64,000 bases of DNA from positions 4,813 to 68,812 of the forward strand of contig CAWEWE010000005.1 of assembly GCA_963812745.1 (NCBI GenBank), given 5' to 3'. This stretch comes from an uncultured Chloroflexia bacterium (GTDB lineage: Bacteria > Chloroflexota > Limnocylindria > Limnocylindrales > CSP1-4). Under the pieces are notes generated by a model that made no database searches, was not told the origin of the DNA, and saw only the letters and a list, made by a program, of their open reading frames with translations. Positions within the stretch are counted from its first letter, which is position 1. Each line of letters starts with the position of its first letter. Both the position numbers and the translations under genes were made by a program. Below are positions 52,032-62,911 of the stretch, in pieces.

Positions 52032-52187
52032 TTTGGAACGTGACATGTTACGAACGGGGGCTGAGCGGCCGAAGAGCGAGTCAACTTGCCCGCCCAGTCG
52101 TGGTATGGAACATGTGCAGGTTCCAAACGACGAAGGAGAGGCCGATCAAGGCGATCTCCTTCGTCGGACGTAACGCGTGATGTTCCA
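52032..52187. promoter_or_regulatory. Second array of the TGGAAC-N7/8-GTTCCA palindromic operator-like sites
   Basis: Sites at 52032-52054 (TTTGGAAC-N7-GTTACGAA), 52104-52127 (TATGGAAC-N8-GTTCCAAA) and 52169-52187 (CGTAAC-N7-GTTCCA), upstream of the SDR gene. Confidence 0.55.
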
Positions 52188-52280
52188 CCGCGCGGCAATG
52201 GTGCCGTTGCGGGATCTCGTGACGGCAGGGTCCGGGTCGGGTTCCTGTCGGGTGTCGCTAACGGGCTGCGTGGAGCCCGA

Positions 52281-53192
52281 TCAGGCTCGGTGCGCTTCGC
52301 TGTCCTTCGCCTGCGGGGTTTCGGAGGCTGCCGACCACGGCACGAGCGCGCGGAAGAAGCGGAACGCGCCGCTCGGTTGGGCGTTCGTCTCGGTCGCCTC
52401 TTCGTCCTCGGGTACCTGGAGCGGGTCCACGGGCAGCGGCGGATCGGCGGCCCGTCCGTTGGCCTCGGGATCCATCACCGCGACCGGGGCCTCGACGGGC
52501 GCTTCCGGGGTCTCGACGGGCGCTTCCGGCGCCGGCGCGGCGGTCGCGGGCACGTCGGGCTCAGCGGACGCCACGGCCTCGCCGGCCGCCACGACGTCAT
52601 CGAGCTGGGCCGCAACCACGTCATCCACGTCGGGCGATCGATCGTCGGCCCAATCGTACGCCGCCACCGCACGGGCCCGGGCCTGGGCACGGACCTCATC
52701 GAGGTCGGGTGGTGTCGGGACCGAGTCGGCGCGGCGGGCGATCTCGCCCGGGTCACCCGTGACGATGAGGCTCTCGACGAAGTGCGCCAGGGTCGCTGAG
52801 TAGTCGGCGACCGCGGACTCGAGACACGCGATCTCGGTGTCGATGATCGCATCGTGTCGCACCAGGTACGAGGCCATGTCCGCCCGCCGCTCCTTGGCCC
52901 GGCGTCCGGCCTCACGGCGGATCCGCTTGATCTCCCTGGCGGCCCAGTCCCCGATCGCCCGGACGTCGTCGTCGGCCAACCGGTGGAATTCGGCGGCTTC
53001 GATCGCCGCGCGCGCCCGAGCCTTCTCGACATGGTCCTTCGCGTCGGCCGCGACCATCTCGTCGATGCGGACGCGTTCGCGCACGAGCGCCCCGTGCATC
53101 GCGTGTGCCAATCCTGCGAGGAGTGGCGGAGTCGGCCCCGCGGGCGCTTGTCCCTCGGCCGTCCCAGCCTCTCCGGAAGCGATGTGGTCCAT
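52281..53192 (-). CDS. Hypothetical alpha-helical/coiled-coil protein with acidic tail (paralog B)
   Basis: Starts at MDHIASG. Its helical core aligns residue-for-residue with the gene at 48080-49200. Confidence 0.5.
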   Translation of the reverse strand: MDHIASGEAGTAEGQAPAGPTPPLLAGLAHAMHGALVRERVRIDEMVAADAKDHVEKARARAAIEAAEFHRLADDDVRAIGDWAAREIKRIRREAGRRAKERRADMASYLVRHDAIIDTEIACLESAVADYSATLAHFVESLIVTGDPGEIARRADSVPTPPDLDEVRAQARARAVAAYDWADDRSPDVDDVVAAQLDDVVAAGEAVASAEPDVPATAAPAPEAPVETPEAPVEAPVAVMDPEANGRAADPPLPVDPLQVPEDEEATETNAQPSGAFRFFRALVPWSAASETPQAKDSEAHRA

Positions 53193-53427
53193 TCGGGCTA
53201 CCCCCAAGGTCGCCGAACGTACTGCCCCCTCGGGCCGATGGCAACAGGCCATGAACGAATGCGGTGCGCGCCGGAACCGACCCTGAACGGCCATCGCGGT
53301 ACCTCGGTGCGCACCGGATGGGACCTTCGCGCGACAGACCCGACCGTACCCGCCGCCTACGGTGAGGACCACACCGCAACCCTCGCCGCCGCCCCAGCGA
53401 CGGCCGCACGAGAGACCCACCGAGCGC

Positions 53428-54279
53428 ATGCCCCACCGACCACGCCGTCCCGGCCTCCATCCGATCTCGCTGGCGGTCGCCGTCGCGCTCACCTCGCTCG
53501 TCGGGCTGGCGTCGGCGGGCCCCGCCAGCGCCTGGGACGGCGGGTCCTATAGCTCGTCGTCCGAACGCGCCCTCGTGACGCTGACCAACCGGAGCCGCGC
53601 CGCCGCGGGCCTGCGCGCGCTCAAGGTCGACAGTGCGCTGACCTCCGTGGCGCGCTGGCGCAGTAAGGACATGATCCGGCGTGACTACTTCAGTCACGAC
53701 ATCCCCGGCTACGGCAACGTCTTCAAGAAGCTCGATTCGAAGGGCTACTGCTACCGGCTCGCCGGCGAGAACATCGGCTGGAACACGTACCCCGACGCGG
53801 ACGCCACGGCCGCGATCCACAACATGTTCATGGACTCGTCCGGGCATCGGAAGAACATCCTCGGCCGGTCGTGGGACGCCATCGGCGTCGGCGCCTACAA
53901 GGGCTCGGACGGCAAGAAGATGTGGACCGTCCTGTTCGCCGACAAATGCGGCTCGTCCGCGCCCAAGGCGACCGCCAAGCCCGCCCCGAAGGCGACCCCG
54001 AAGCCAAAGCCCAAGCCGACGCCCAAACCGACCCCGAAACCGACGCCCGAGCCCACGCCGACGCCGACCCCCACGCCGGCACCGACCGCGCCGCCCGACG
54101 GCTTCCACCGACCGACGGACGATGGCAACGGCGGCGGTGATGGCGGTGCGCCCGGCGATGGGCCGCCGCCCGGACAGGCCACCACCGGGACCGGCCTGCG
54201 CGTCCTGGCGGGTCCCGGCCCGGGCGGCCTCGTCGAGGCGATCGTCGGGGACGTGACGAGCCCCTTCTTCGGCACCTGA
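53428..54279 (+). CDS. Secreted CAP/SCP/PR-1 domain protein with PKPT-repeat tail
   Basis: Signal peptide, CAP motifs (HDIPGYGN, GENIGWN, GHRKNILG) and a PKPTPKPT low-complexity region. Confidence 0.65.
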   Translation: MPHRPRRPGLHPISLAVAVALTSLVGLASAGPASAWDGGSYSSSSERALVTLTNRSRAAAGLRALKVDSALTSVARWRSKDMIRRDYFSHDIPGYGNVFKKLDSKGYCYRLAGENIGWNTYPDADATAAIHNMFMDSSGHRKNILGRSWDAIGVGAYKGSDGKKMWTVLFADKCGSSAPKATAKPAPKATPKPKPKPTPKPTPKPTPEPTPTPTPTPAPTAPPDGFHRPTDDGNGGGDGGAPGDGPPPGQATTGTGLRVLAGPGPGGLVEAIVGDVTSPFFGT

Positions 54280-54382
54280 CGCTCGAGCGGGTACTAGCAC
54301 GATGCGGACCTTCGGGCGACTGCCCCTGACCACACCGCACCGCTACGGTGCCCTCCGGACCCGACCACCCAACGAGGGACAC

Positions 54383-55186
54383 ATGACCGCGCTGCTCACC
54401 CGCCTGCTCGATGCCCCCGACAACGACAGCCGCGACGGGATCATCCTCGAGGCGCGCGACCTGACCAAGGCCTATCCCCTGGGCGAGACGACCGTGCACG
54501 CGCTGCGCGGCGTGTCGCTGACCGTCGGTGCCGGCGAGTTCGTCGCGCTGATGGGGCCGTCGGGCAGTGGCAAGAGCACGCTCCTCCAGCTGCTCGGCGG
54601 GCTCGACCGGCCGACGACCGGCGAGGTCGTCCTCGAGGGCGAGATCATCAGCGAGCTGTCCGACGATCGCGCCACGCGGCTGCGCCGGGACCGGACCGGC
54701 TTCGTGTTCCAGTCGTTCAACCTGATCCCATTGCTCGACGTGACCGAGAACGTCGCGCTGCCGTTCACGATCTCCGGGCTCGACCCCGCCCGCGGCGAGC
54801 TCGCTGCGCGGATCGCCGAGGTCATCGCGCTGGTCGACCTGGCGGGCAAGGAGCATCACAAGCCCGATCAGCTGTCGGCCGGTGAGCAGCAACGGGTCGC
54901 CGTGGCCCGGGCACTCGTCACGCGGCCGGCGCTGCTGTTCGCCGACGAGCCGACCGGCAACCTCGACTACACCACCGGGACGGAGATCCTCGACGCCCTC
55001 TGGCGATCGTGCCAGGAGCGCCACCAGACCGTGGTCCTCGTGACGCACGACTCGAAGGCGGCCGCCTACGCCGACCGCGTGCATGTCATCGGCGACGGCC
55101 GGATCCTCGACACGATCGAGCTCGGCCGGCGCGCCGACCACGACGCCACGGCGCTGATCGCCCGGCTCGCCAGCCTCGGGCTCTGA
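54383..55186 (+). CDS. ABC transporter ATP-binding protein (MacB/LolD/FtsE-like)
   Basis: GPSGSGKST Walker A, an LSAGEQQRVAVARAL signature and Walker B LFADEPTGNLD. Confidence 0.85.
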   Translation: MTALLTRLLDAPDNDSRDGIILEARDLTKAYPLGETTVHALRGVSLTVGAGEFVALMGPSGSGKSTLLQLLGGLDRPTTGEVVLEGEIISELSDDRATRLRRDRTGFVFQSFNLIPLLDVTENVALPFTISGLDPARGELAARIAEVIALVDLAGKEHHKPDQLSAGEQQRVAVARALVTRPALLFADEPTGNLDYTTGTEILDALWRSCQERHQTVVLVTHDSKAAAYADRVHVIGDGRILDTIELGRRADHDATALIARLASLGL

Positions 55187-55191
55187 GCCGG

Positions 55192-57712
55192 ATGCGCGGT
55201 CTCCACGGTCTCGCGTGGCGGGGCCTGCGCGCACGGCCCTTGCGTACGTCGCTCACGACGATCGGCGTCGCCCTCGGCGTCGCCGTCCTGTATGCCGGGC
55301 TCGCCACCAACGCGGGGATCGGCGCGGCGGTCGATCGGGCGGTCGCGACGATGGTCGGCCGGGCCGAGCTGCGCGTCGCCGCATTCGGAGAGGCCGGCCT
55401 GTCCGACACGACCCTCGCGACGATCGAGGCGACACCCGGCGTCGAGGTCGTGGCCCCCTCGTTCGAGCGGCGGACCTATCTCGGGACCGGGTTGCTCGGT
55501 CCGGGACCGTTGCCGGCCCCGGTCACCCTCGTCGGCATCGATCCGGACCGCGAGCCGCGGATCCACGACCTGACGCTGTCGTCGGGCAGCGACCTGGCGG
55601 CCGGGGCGGAACCCGACGCGCTCGTCTCCGCCACGCTGGCCGCCGAGGACGGCCTGTCGGTCGGCTCGAGGGTCGGCCTCCAGGGCATCGACGCGCCCGT
55701 GTACCTGCGGGTCGTCGGCGTGCTCGCAGACGACGGTCCCTGGGCAGGCGCCACGGGACGCGCCGTCATCACCCGCTTGCCGATCGCGCCAGTCGGTCTT
55801 CGGAGCGGACGGGCTGACCAGGGTCGATCTGGGTCTGGCCGATGGCGTGGACCGAGCCACGGTCATCGACGCACTCCAACGGACGCTCCTGTCCGAGCCA
55901 TATGTCGTCTCATCGCCCAGCGACCTCGCGGCGGCGATGGAGGCGTCGACCGGCGACTTCGCGGCCACGACCGCGCTGATCGCCGCGATCGCCCTGTTTG
56001 CGGGCGCGTTCCTCATCTTCAACACGCTGTCGATGACGGTCGTGGAGCGGGTCCGCGAGCTCGGGCTGCTCCGGGCGGCGGGCGCCACGCGCGGCCAGCT
56101 CACGACCTACATCCTCGTCCAGGCATCGGTCATCGGCGTCGTCGGTGCCGCGCTCGGGATCGTCGCCGGTGGCGCGCTGGCTGCGGGCATCGCGGCGTGG
56201 ATGGACACCGTGGGGTCGGTGCGGCTCACGTCCCCGGTCGTTCGACTCTCGGATGCCGTCATCGCGCTGGCCATCGGCGTCGGCGTGACGCTCGCCGCGG
56301 CGATCGAGCCGGCACGCCGCGCCGGTCGCGTCGCGCCGGTCGAAGCCCTCAAGGCGCGGCTAGACCTGCCCTCGGCCCGCCGTGCGCGGCTGCGCTGGCT
56401 GGTGGCGGTATTCGGGACCGTCGGGCTCCTCGGGCTGCTGATCTGGCCGCGTGCGGCCGGCGAGGCGGCGTTGCTGCGCTCGCTCATCGTGTACGCGGTG
56501 CTGCTCGCCGTCGCCTTGCTGGTCCCGCTGGCGCTGCCGGTCCTGGCGCGGCTGGCCGGGACGCCGTTCATCGTCGTGTCCCGTCTCGAGGAGCGCCTCG
56601 CGCGCGCGTCCGTGCTGCGTGACCGAGCCCGCGCAGCCCTGACGGTGGGTGCCCTGACCGTCGGCCTCGCGATGATCGTCGCGCTGGGCGGCGTGGGACA
56701 GCACGCCCGCGCGGCCGCGGGCGCCTGGATCGCCGATGTCGTGCCGGGCGACCTGATCGTCACCTCGATCTTCCCGCGGGGCCTGGACGAGGGGCTCGAC
56801 GACACGCTCGGCTCGCTCGCCGGCGTGCGCTCGGTCAGCCCGATCGCGACGTTCGACCTGGCGGTCCGCGGGCGGCGCATCGACGGCGCGGCGATGGTCG
56901 GCGCCGACCTGGCCGCCGATGGCCGCCTGCAGCTCATCGACGGTGACCGGGCGACCGCGCTTGCGGCGCTCGATACCGGCGGGTCGGTGATCGTGCCGTC
57001 CGGTGTCGCGGCGCGTGACGGGCTCCGCATCGGCACGCCGATCGTGGTCGCGGCCGTCGACGGCTCGGCGATGAACCTGCGCGTCGTCGGGGTGGCGGCA
57101 CGCACCTTGCCGGGGCCCTCGGGCGAGTCATTGCTCGTCGGCTGGGCGGACGCGGATCGTCTCGGGATCGAGGGCGCCGACGCGTTCGCGGTCCGCTTCG
57201 TCGAGGACGTGTCCGCGGTCGATCGCGCGGCGCTCGCCGACGAGGCGCGCACGCTCGCGCTTGATCCCGTGCCCCTCGATCGGATCCAGGGCGCGATCGG
57301 GGAAGCGCTCGACCGGGTCTTCGGCCTGTTCGACGCCCTGTCGCTGGTGGCCGTCGTGGTCGCGTCGCTCGGGATCGTCAACACCCTGACCATGAACGTC
57401 CTCGAGCGCGTCCGGGAGATCGGCGTGCTGCGCGCGGCGGGGATGACGCGCCGCCAAGTGTGGCGGTCGGTCGTCGTCGAAGCCGGGATCACCGGGTTGG
57501 TCGGGGCGATGTGCGGCGTCGTGGCGGGCGTCGTGGTCGGCGGCCTGATGGTGGTGCTCTCGGGTGGTCACTGGGACGCGGCGGCCGGCATCCCCTGGCT
57601 GGCGGTCGGTGCCGCCTTCGTGTTGGGGGTCGTCCTGGCGATGCTCGCGGCGGCGTATCCCGCGCGACTGGCCAGCGGCATCTCGATCGTCCGCGCGGTG
57701 GGCTACGAGTAG
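55192..57712 (+). CDS. ABC transporter permease with two FtsX-like domains (MacB-type), one frameshift
   Basis: Two 4-TM FtsX repeats with large extracytoplasmic domains. The frame changes near 55800. Confidence 0.7.
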
Positions 57713-57799
57713 CGTTTCTGCCTTCTAGGCCCCGAATCGTGGTGCTAGACTCGGCGCCTCGGTCGTCCCCCCAGAACGACCTCGCCACGGGAGCATCGC

Positions 57800-58438
57800 T
57801 TGACGATCGCCATCCCGCGACTCGACCGAAGCACGGCCGAGCAGCGCGGTATCACCCTGGCAGATTTCCTCGTCCCGATCCGCGTTGGTGAGCGAACCCC
57901 CACCTGGATCCGTCACGTCGCCCTCGTCATCGCGGGCGCGCTGATCGTGGCGCTGTCGGCCCAGGTCGTCATCCCGACCGAGCCGGTGCCGTTCACCGGC
58001 CAGACCTTCGGTGTCCTGACCGTCGGCGCCGCGCTGGGCTTCCGCCGAGCTGCGCTCGCCCTGCTCGTCTATCTCGCGCTGGGTGCCGCGGGTCTGTCGG
58101 TCTTCGCCGAAGGCGGCTCGGGCGTCGACCAGATCGTCGGTCGGACGGGCGGCTATCTCGTCGGCTTCGTGGTCGCGGCCGCGATCGTCGGTCGCCTCGC
58201 CGAGCTCGGCTGGGACCGGCACATCGCCGGGTCGCTGGCGGCGATGGCCATCGGCACGGCAGTGATCTACGCGATCGGCGTGCCCTGGCTCAAGGTGGCG
58301 ACCGGCATCCCGTGGGAGGACGCGGTGGCCGGCGGCATGACGAAGTTCCTCATCTGGGACGCGGCCAAACTAGCTATCGCGGCGGGCATCTTCCCGGTCG
58401 CCTGGTGGATCATCGGCCGCCGGCCGGAGGATCGCTGA
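57800..58438 (+). CDS. bioY: Biotin transporter BioY
   Basis: BioY family 6-TM protein (GQTFGVLTVGAALG); TTG start. Confidence 0.7.
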   Translation: MTIAIPRLDRSTAEQRGITLADFLVPIRVGERTPTWIRHVALVIAGALIVALSAQVVIPTEPVPFTGQTFGVLTVGAALGFRRAALALLVYLALGAAGLSVFAEGGSGVDQIVGRTGGYLVGFVVAAAIVGRLAELGWDRHIAGSLAAMAIGTAVIYAIGVPWLKVATGIPWEDAVAGGMTKFLIWDAAKLAIAAGIFPVAWWIIGRRPEDR

Positions 58439-59018
58439 CCGCCGCCTGCAGCGAGCGATACGAGTCGCGCAGCAGCCGCGCGACCTCCGGCCAGTACGCG
58501 CGCCCGGCCCCGGTCGGACCGTCCGGATCGCTGTCCGCGCCGCGGTCGCGCACCTCGGCGGCGTCGCCACGCAAGCGACCGGCCTCCGCCACGGCACCCG
58601 GTGGGACGTTATAGATCGCTGCGTACAGCTCGGTGATGGCGTCGCCTGCGGCGCTGCCCGCCGCCAGCCCGATCTCGCGCCGCACCACCCACCAGCGCAG
58701 TTCCCGACGCGCTACCTCGTCCGCGTCGACGTCGTCGGGCAGGCCGAGCAGCCGGTAGGCCCTGCCGATGTCCGGGGCGAAGCGCTCGTAGTCGCCGCGG
58801 CCGGCGCCTGGCGGCGTGCGGGCGAAGCCGGCTGCGGCGCGGGTCAGGAGCACGCTCGCGGCCAGGGCGGTGGGCCAGCCGACTCCGGCATGCTCGCGTA
58901 GTCCGAGCAGCAACCAGCCGAACAGTCGGGCGGGTTGGCGGCGGTAGTAGGCCTTCCACATGCGGGTCTCGAGCGTGGCCAGCCGATCGGCATCGAAGCC
59001 GGTGCCCCAGCGTCCCAA
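58410..59018 (-). CDS. Hypothetical protein
   Basis: 202-aa ORF with coding-like composition and no recognised motifs. Confidence 0.35.
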   Translation of the reverse strand: MGRWGTGFDADRLATLETRMWKAYYRRQPARLFGWLLLGLREHAGVGWPTALAASVLLTRAAAGFARTPPGAGRGDYERFAPDIGRAYRLLGLPDDVDADEVARRELRWWVVRREIGLAAGSAAGDAITELYAAIYNVPPGAVAEAGRLRGDAAEVRDRGADSDPDGPTGAGRAYWPEVARLLRDSYRSLQAAVSDPPAGGR

Positions 59019-59080
59019 CGGTGCGCTCCTCCTTCTCCGGCTATGGTGCCGCCGTGGATACGCAACAAGGCGACCCCGGG

Positions 59081-59899
59081 ATGTTCGGCCCCGAGTCGGA
59101 AGCGTGGCGGCTCGACCGTGAGGCGATGCTGCTGCTCGGCGCCGGGCCGCGCGCGCTGCTGCTGCAGATCGCCCATCCGGGGGTCGCGGCCGGGGTGGCC
59201 GAGCACTCGGACTTCCGGACCGACCCGTGGCGGCGGCTCGATGGGACGCTGCGCAGCTATCTGCGCATCATCTATGGCTCGAGCGCGGCGGCGCGCGAGG
59301 AGATCCGCCGGCTGAACGCGCTCCATCGCGGGATCCAGGGCCAGGGCTATTCCGCGCGCGATCCGGCGCTGTCCCTGTGGGTGCACGCGACGCTGGTCGA
59401 CTCGACGCTGGTGGTCAATCGGGCGTGGGCCGGCCCCGTGACACGCGACCAGGCGGCCCGCTTTTACGAGGAGACCAAGCCGATCGCCCGGGCCTTCGGC
59501 GTGCCGGATGCGCTGCTGCCGCCGGACCTCGAGGCATTCGCGGCCTATCTCGATGCCCAACTGGGACCCGGCGGCCCGGTGCGGGTCGGGCCGGTGGCGC
59601 GTGATCTTGCGGCGGTGATACTCCATCCGCCGCTCCCCGGGGTGCTGGCACGGACCGGGCTCCACCCACGGCTGTACGACTGGACGCTGTGGCCCTCGAT
59701 CGCGCTGCTACCGCCCGCGATCCGCGAGGACTACGGCCTCCGATGGGGGCCGGTCGAACGGGCCGTCGCGGGCTGGCTCGTGACGGCCTGGCGGGCGTGG
59801 AACCCGCGGCTGCCGGCATCATTCCGGCAGATGCCACAGGCACTCGCGGCCGAGCGTCGCGTCAACGGCGACGATGGCGCCGCGACGGCCGCTCAGTAA
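59081..59899 (+). CDS. MpaB/DUF2236 family oxygenase-like protein
   Basis: Pattern consistent with DUF2236 (LLLQIAHPGVAAGVAEHS...). The start could instead be 59021. Confidence 0.5.
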   Translation: MFGPESEAWRLDREAMLLLGAGPRALLLQIAHPGVAAGVAEHSDFRTDPWRRLDGTLRSYLRIIYGSSAAAREEIRRLNALHRGIQGQGYSARDPALSLWVHATLVDSTLVVNRAWAGPVTRDQAARFYEETKPIARAFGVPDALLPPDLEAFAAYLDAQLGPGGPVRVGPVARDLAAVILHPPLPGVLARTGLHPRLYDWTLWPSIALLPPAIREDYGLRWGPVERAVAGWLVTAWRAWNPRLPASFRQMPQALAAERRVNGDDGAATAAQ

Positions 59900-61292
59900 A
59901 GCGACGGGAAGCGCGGGGCGAACAGCGTCGAGAGGTTGACCGGCGTCGCGTCGTCGAGCGTCTGGAGCAGCGTCTTCGTCGTCGAGATCCGGTAGCGTCG
60001 GTCGATCACGTACTGCCTGAGCGTCGACCAGAACAGCGTCGACCCCATCTTCGAGCGGGCCTGGTTGAGCAGGTTGCCGCCCTGGATATAGACGATCTCG
60101 TAGTAGCAGGCGGCCGTGTAGCTGTAGATCGATCGGTCGAGCCGGCCGGTCGAGCAGCGGCTGGCCCGGCGCGTACCGGTGATGTCGCGCGCGACGAAGT
60201 CGGCCAGTGCCTCGTCGGCGAACGGTTGGCGCGCCTGGTCGTTGCCGACCAGCCCGTAGAACCACTGGTGCGCGGTCTCGTGCGCCACGAGGTAGCGCAG
60301 GTTCGCGCGGCTGACGCCGTACGGGATCCAGGTCAACCCGGGCGATTCCATGCCGTAGCCGCCGGCCGACTGGACCACCTTGTAGATCGGGTAGGGGTAC
60401 GTGCCGAGCCGCGAGCGCATCGACCGGAAGGCATCGGCGGCCGCGTCGACGATCAGCGCCCGGTTCGCGGACGACCGGTAGTAGTAGCGCACCTTGGTCG
60501 ACCCGACGAGGACCGTGGTCGTCCGGAAGTCGGGCGCCGCGGTGATCGTGACGTCGCGCACGTTGCGGGCGACGAAGCGCTGGGTGAGGCCGTCGGACGA
60601 GACCGACGATGCGGTCGGCGGTCGACGCGACGACCAGCCGGCGGTCCGCCTTGATGGTGACCGATACCTCAGGGCTGACCGGCGTCACGAAGGGGTCGCC
60701 GTGGTTCGGCCGGGTGAACGGTGTCGCCCGACTGACCCACGGGATCCAGCGATACGCGTCGACGATGCCGTTGACCTTGGTGAACAACCAGTTCGACCCC
60801 GATAGCGAGCTCCGCAGTCGGGCCAGGTAGTGCACCCGCACCCTGACAGCTCTCCCCGGCGGGCAGGATGCCGCCGAGCGGCACGATCACCGTCTGATCG
60901 CTGATACGGCCGCTGACGTTCTTGCCGTCGACGCTGACCGCCCGCAGCGACATGCCGCCCAGGCGAGCGGCGATCGTGTTGAGCTCGACGCGGTCGATCG
61001 GGCCACCGGACGTGTTCGTGATCTGCGCGATCGTGTTCGCGGAGAACCAGCGGCTCGAGTAGCTGAGCGTCAGCCCGACCGAGTACGTCGCCGACAGGTT
61101 GAGGCTCGACCGGTTGACGCTGCCCGGGATGATCGCGCTCGCCGTGGTCGCGGCGGGGGTCGTCTCGGCGCCCTGGGCGGCCCGCTCGCCGATCTCCCGT
61201 TCGCACGCCAGGGCAGGGGCGGCGATCCCGAGGACCAACAGGACGGCCAGCCCGACCGGAGCGGCGATGCGGGACGTCGATCGCCGGGACAT
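59893..61292 (-). CDS. Secreted M1-like gluzincin metallopeptidase (HETAH...E), two frameshifts
   Basis: Signal peptide, and AHETAHQWFYGLVGNDQARQPFADEALA, which gives HExxH with the Glu at +19. The gene is spread over three frames, with shifts near 60600 and 60700. Confidence 0.6.
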
Positions 61293-61366
61293 CGCAGGAA
61301 TCGTACCCCGCGGGGTCCATCCCACGGTCCCGGACCATGGTCCCCGTCGCCCTACACTGCTCAGCC

Positions 61367-62755
61367 ATGGCCAGCGGCACCGTCACCGACGCGTTCCTCG
61401 ACGCCGTTCGTACCCGCGTCCCGGGCATCCGGCTCCTTACCGATGCGACCGATCGCGAGACCTATCGGCGCGACGAGACCGCCTACCTGGCGGCCGGCCT
61501 GCCAGGTGCCGTGGCACTCCCCACCGAGACGGCCCAGGTCGTCGAGCTCGTTCGTGTCTGTGGTGAGTTCGACGTCCCGATCGTGCCGCGTGGCGCCGGC
61601 TCCGGGCTGAGCGGTGGCGCGGCCGGCATCGAAGGCGCGCTCACGATCGCCTTCACGGCGATGGACCGCATCATCGAGATCGACCCACCGAACCTGTGCG
61701 TGGTCGTCCAGCCAGGCGTCATCAACGCCCGACTGAAGGCCGCCGTCGCCGAGCACGGGCTGTTCTACGCGCCCGATCCGGCCAGCTTCGAGATGTGCTC
61801 GATCGGCGGCAACCTGGGCACCAACGCCGGCGGCTTGTGCTGCGTGAAGTACGGCCAGACCCGCGAATCGGTGCTGGGGCTCGAGGTCGTGATGGCCGAC
61901 GGCAGCGTCGTCCGCACCGGTGGCAAGAACGTCAAGGACGTGGCCGGCTACTCGCTGACCCACCTGATCGTCGGGTCGCAGGGGACCCTCGCCATCATCA
62001 CGGAGGCCACGCTCCGACTCCGGCCGGCACCGCCGCCGCGGGCCACGCTGCTGGCCTTCTTCCCGACGCTCGAGGCGGCCGGCGACGCCGTGGCCGGCAT
62101 CGCCGCCGCGGGCCTGTCGCCGGTCACGCTGGAGCTGATGGATCGATTCACGATCGCGGCGGTCGACGACGTCCACGCGCTCGGGCTCGATCGCGAGGCC
62201 GCGGCGATGCTGATGATCGAGTCGGACCTGCCGGCGGCAGCCGCGGCCGACGAGCTGGAACGGGCCGAGGCGGTCTGCACCGGCGTCGGGGCCACGACGA
62301 CGGTCCGCTCGCAGACACCGGCCGAGGCCGACCTGCTGCGGCAGGCGCGGCGAGCCGCGCACTGGGCGCTCGAGAAGCTAGGCGACGTGAAGATGGAGGA
62401 CGTCGGGGTGCCGCGCTCGCGCGTACCGGACATGCTCCGCGCGATCGAGGCCATCGCCGCGAAGCACGACGTGCGGATCGGGACGTTCGGGCATGCCGGC
62501 GACGGGAACCTCCACCCGGACCTCGTGCTGGAGCGGGGCGACCCCCGTGGCGAGGCGATCACCAAGGCCGTCCAGCAGGATCTTTATCGCGCGGCACTAG
62601 ATCTCGGTGGGACGGTCACCGGCGAGCACGGCATCGGGTCGGCGAGGCGCGAGTGGCTGGAGCCCCAGCTTGGCGCCGACGCGGTCCGGGTGATGCGCGC
62701 CATCAAGACCGCCCTGGATCCCCAGGGGTTGCTGAACCCGGGTCGCGTCCTGTAG
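61367..62755 (+). CDS. glcD: FAD-linked oxidase (GlcD / D-lactate dehydrogenase-like)
   Basis: FAD-binding PCMH domain (PRGAGSGLSGGA) and a C-terminal FAD-oxidase domain. Confidence 0.75.
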   Translation: MASGTVTDAFLDAVRTRVPGIRLLTDATDRETYRRDETAYLAAGLPGAVALPTETAQVVELVRVCGEFDVPIVPRGAGSGLSGGAAGIEGALTIAFTAMDRIIEIDPPNLCVVVQPGVINARLKAAVAEHGLFYAPDPASFEMCSIGGNLGTNAGGLCCVKYGQTRESVLGLEVVMADGSVVRTGGKNVKDVAGYSLTHLIVGSQGTLAIITEATLRLRPAPPPRATLLAFFPTLEAAGDAVAGIAAAGLSPVTLELMDRFTIAAVDDVHALGLDREAAAMLMIESDLPAAAAADELERAEAVCTGVGATTTVRSQTPAEADLLRQARRAAHWALEKLGDVKMEDVGVPRSRVPDMLRAIEAIAAKHDVRIGTFGHAGDGNLHPDLVLERGDPRGEAITKAVQQDLYRAALDLGGTVTGEHGIGSARREWLEPQLGADAVRVMRAIKTALDPQGLLNPGRVL

Positions 62756-62911
62756 TCGACCCTCCCGCTCGAGTCATCCGCCGGCCGGCCGGCTGCGCAT
62801 GACGGGACGAGCCACGACGGAGAAGTCGCGACGACGTCGAGGTTGATCGATCGGCCGGGAGCCGTGGAGGAGCCCGGTCGCCACTCGACTCGAAGGAGGG
62901 TCCCAACCCAC

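Noticed and set aside
51962-52180. 72-aa ORF (+) overlapping the second operator array.
   Set aside because: It has no ribosome-binding site and a Trp/Arg-rich composition produced by the palindromes themselves, so it is most likely non-coding regulatory DNA.
53941-54110. Highly repetitive DNA (ccgaagcc / aaaccgacc units) that superficially resembles a short-repeat array.
   Set aside because: It encodes the in-frame PKPT/PTPT low-complexity linker of the CAP-domain protein. A similar PT-rich stretch occurs in the lipoprotein at 27900-28080. Neither is a CRISPR array or a non-coding tandem repeat.
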